Positions 59,745 through 60,079 of a DNA stretch of 60,079 bases are shown piece after piece (position 1 is the first letter of the stretch; each line of letters opens with the position of its first letter). Location of the stretch: assembly GCA_043746555.1 (NCBI GenBank), contig JAYTQU010000012.1, positions 1 to 60,079 of the forward strand, written 5' to 3'. The position numbers and the translations under genes were made by a program. The notes below the pieces were generated by a model. It saw only the letters and a program-made list of their open reading frames with translations. It was not told where the DNA came from and made no database searches. This stretch comes from Pseudomonadota bacterium (GTDB lineage Bacteria; Pseudomonadota; Gammaproteobacteria; Steroidobacterales; Steroidobacteraceae).

Positions 59745-60079
59745 AGAGCGTTTCATGCTGCCAGCGCCGACAACACAGCTCGCGGTTATCTTGATACGAC
59801 ATGCAGTTACACGCATGCAGGGCCGTGCGGTTGCCGTGCCGCGCTCCCAGTGCCGTAGCGTGCCGACGCTAATACCAAACGATGAAGCAAACTCTACCTG
59901 CGACATACCCACTTTGGCACGAATGGCTTTTACATCGATTGCCTGTGGGTAGTGCACGCGCGCCTTAACGGATTTCCCCTTGGCGTGTGCAATGGCCTCG
60001 GTGAGACCTGCTTTAATACTTTTGGCTCGTCACCAAAATTCGTGGGTGAGTTTCGGTTCGGGTAGTTTTCCAAGTGCAT
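59724..60079 (-). pseudogene. XRE/YiaG-like HTH antitoxin-type gene, apparently frameshifted; reaches the window edge
   Basis: The HTH core is IDVKAIRAKVGMSQVEFASSFGISVGTLRHWERG. Family-like N-terminal sequence (AKSIKAGLTEAIAHAKGK) continues upstream but is cut by an in-frame TGA (60030-60032). An ATG at 60079 is in another frame, and the 356-nt span is not a multiple of 3. The C-terminus after WERG is also atypical. Confidence 0.4.

Overview
This is a densely coding 60-kb chromosomal segment from a moderately GC-rich Gram-negative bacterium. It is most likely a gammaproteobacterium: it carries the conserved polA-engB-cytochrome c4-dsbA block, a CpxRA-like pair, RhlE and DeaD helicases, RdgC, YceH and Ada. 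I call about 55 protein-coding genes or gene remnants on both strands. I found no rRNA, tRNA, CRISPR array, transposase, integrase or phage gene. All calls rest on reading the translated ORFs for family motifs and the DNA for start sites and hairpins; nothing was searched against a database.

Most of the window is housekeeping or ordinary accessory metabolism. The stretches that deserve a second look are:
- **Chemosensory mini-module (47.7-50.9 kb):** a three-gene operon in which a CheA-type Hpt+ATPase kinase is fused directly to a two-TM periplasmic sensor. It appears to lack P2, P3 and P5, and is followed by its own CheY-like receiver and a CheX-like phosphatase. No MCP or CheW lies nearby. 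A ~0.7-kb apparently non-coding leader lies upstream.
- **Exported enzyme fusion:** chorismate mutase fused to cyclohexadienyl dehydratase, lying upstream of a LemA/M48-peptidase pair.
- **Degenerate HD-GYP:** a REC-PAS-GAF-HD-GYP protein whose GYP motif is intact but whose HD metal ligands are mostly substituted.
- **TonB-C protein:** it has a pseudo-receiver N-terminus and three ~105-aa internal repeats.
- **Small islet (30.5-33.0 kb):** two vapBC loci, one with a decayed toxin, bracket tandem paralogous 4-TM proteins.
- **Decay scars:** a deletion across a divergent LysR/acyl-CoA dehydrogenase pair, a 1-nt frameshift in a thioesterase-family gene, and a decayed HTH antitoxin at the window edge.
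- **DNA repeats outside genes:** several discrete repeats and palindromes in intergenic DNA.

Domain boundaries and internal start codons are by-eye estimates.
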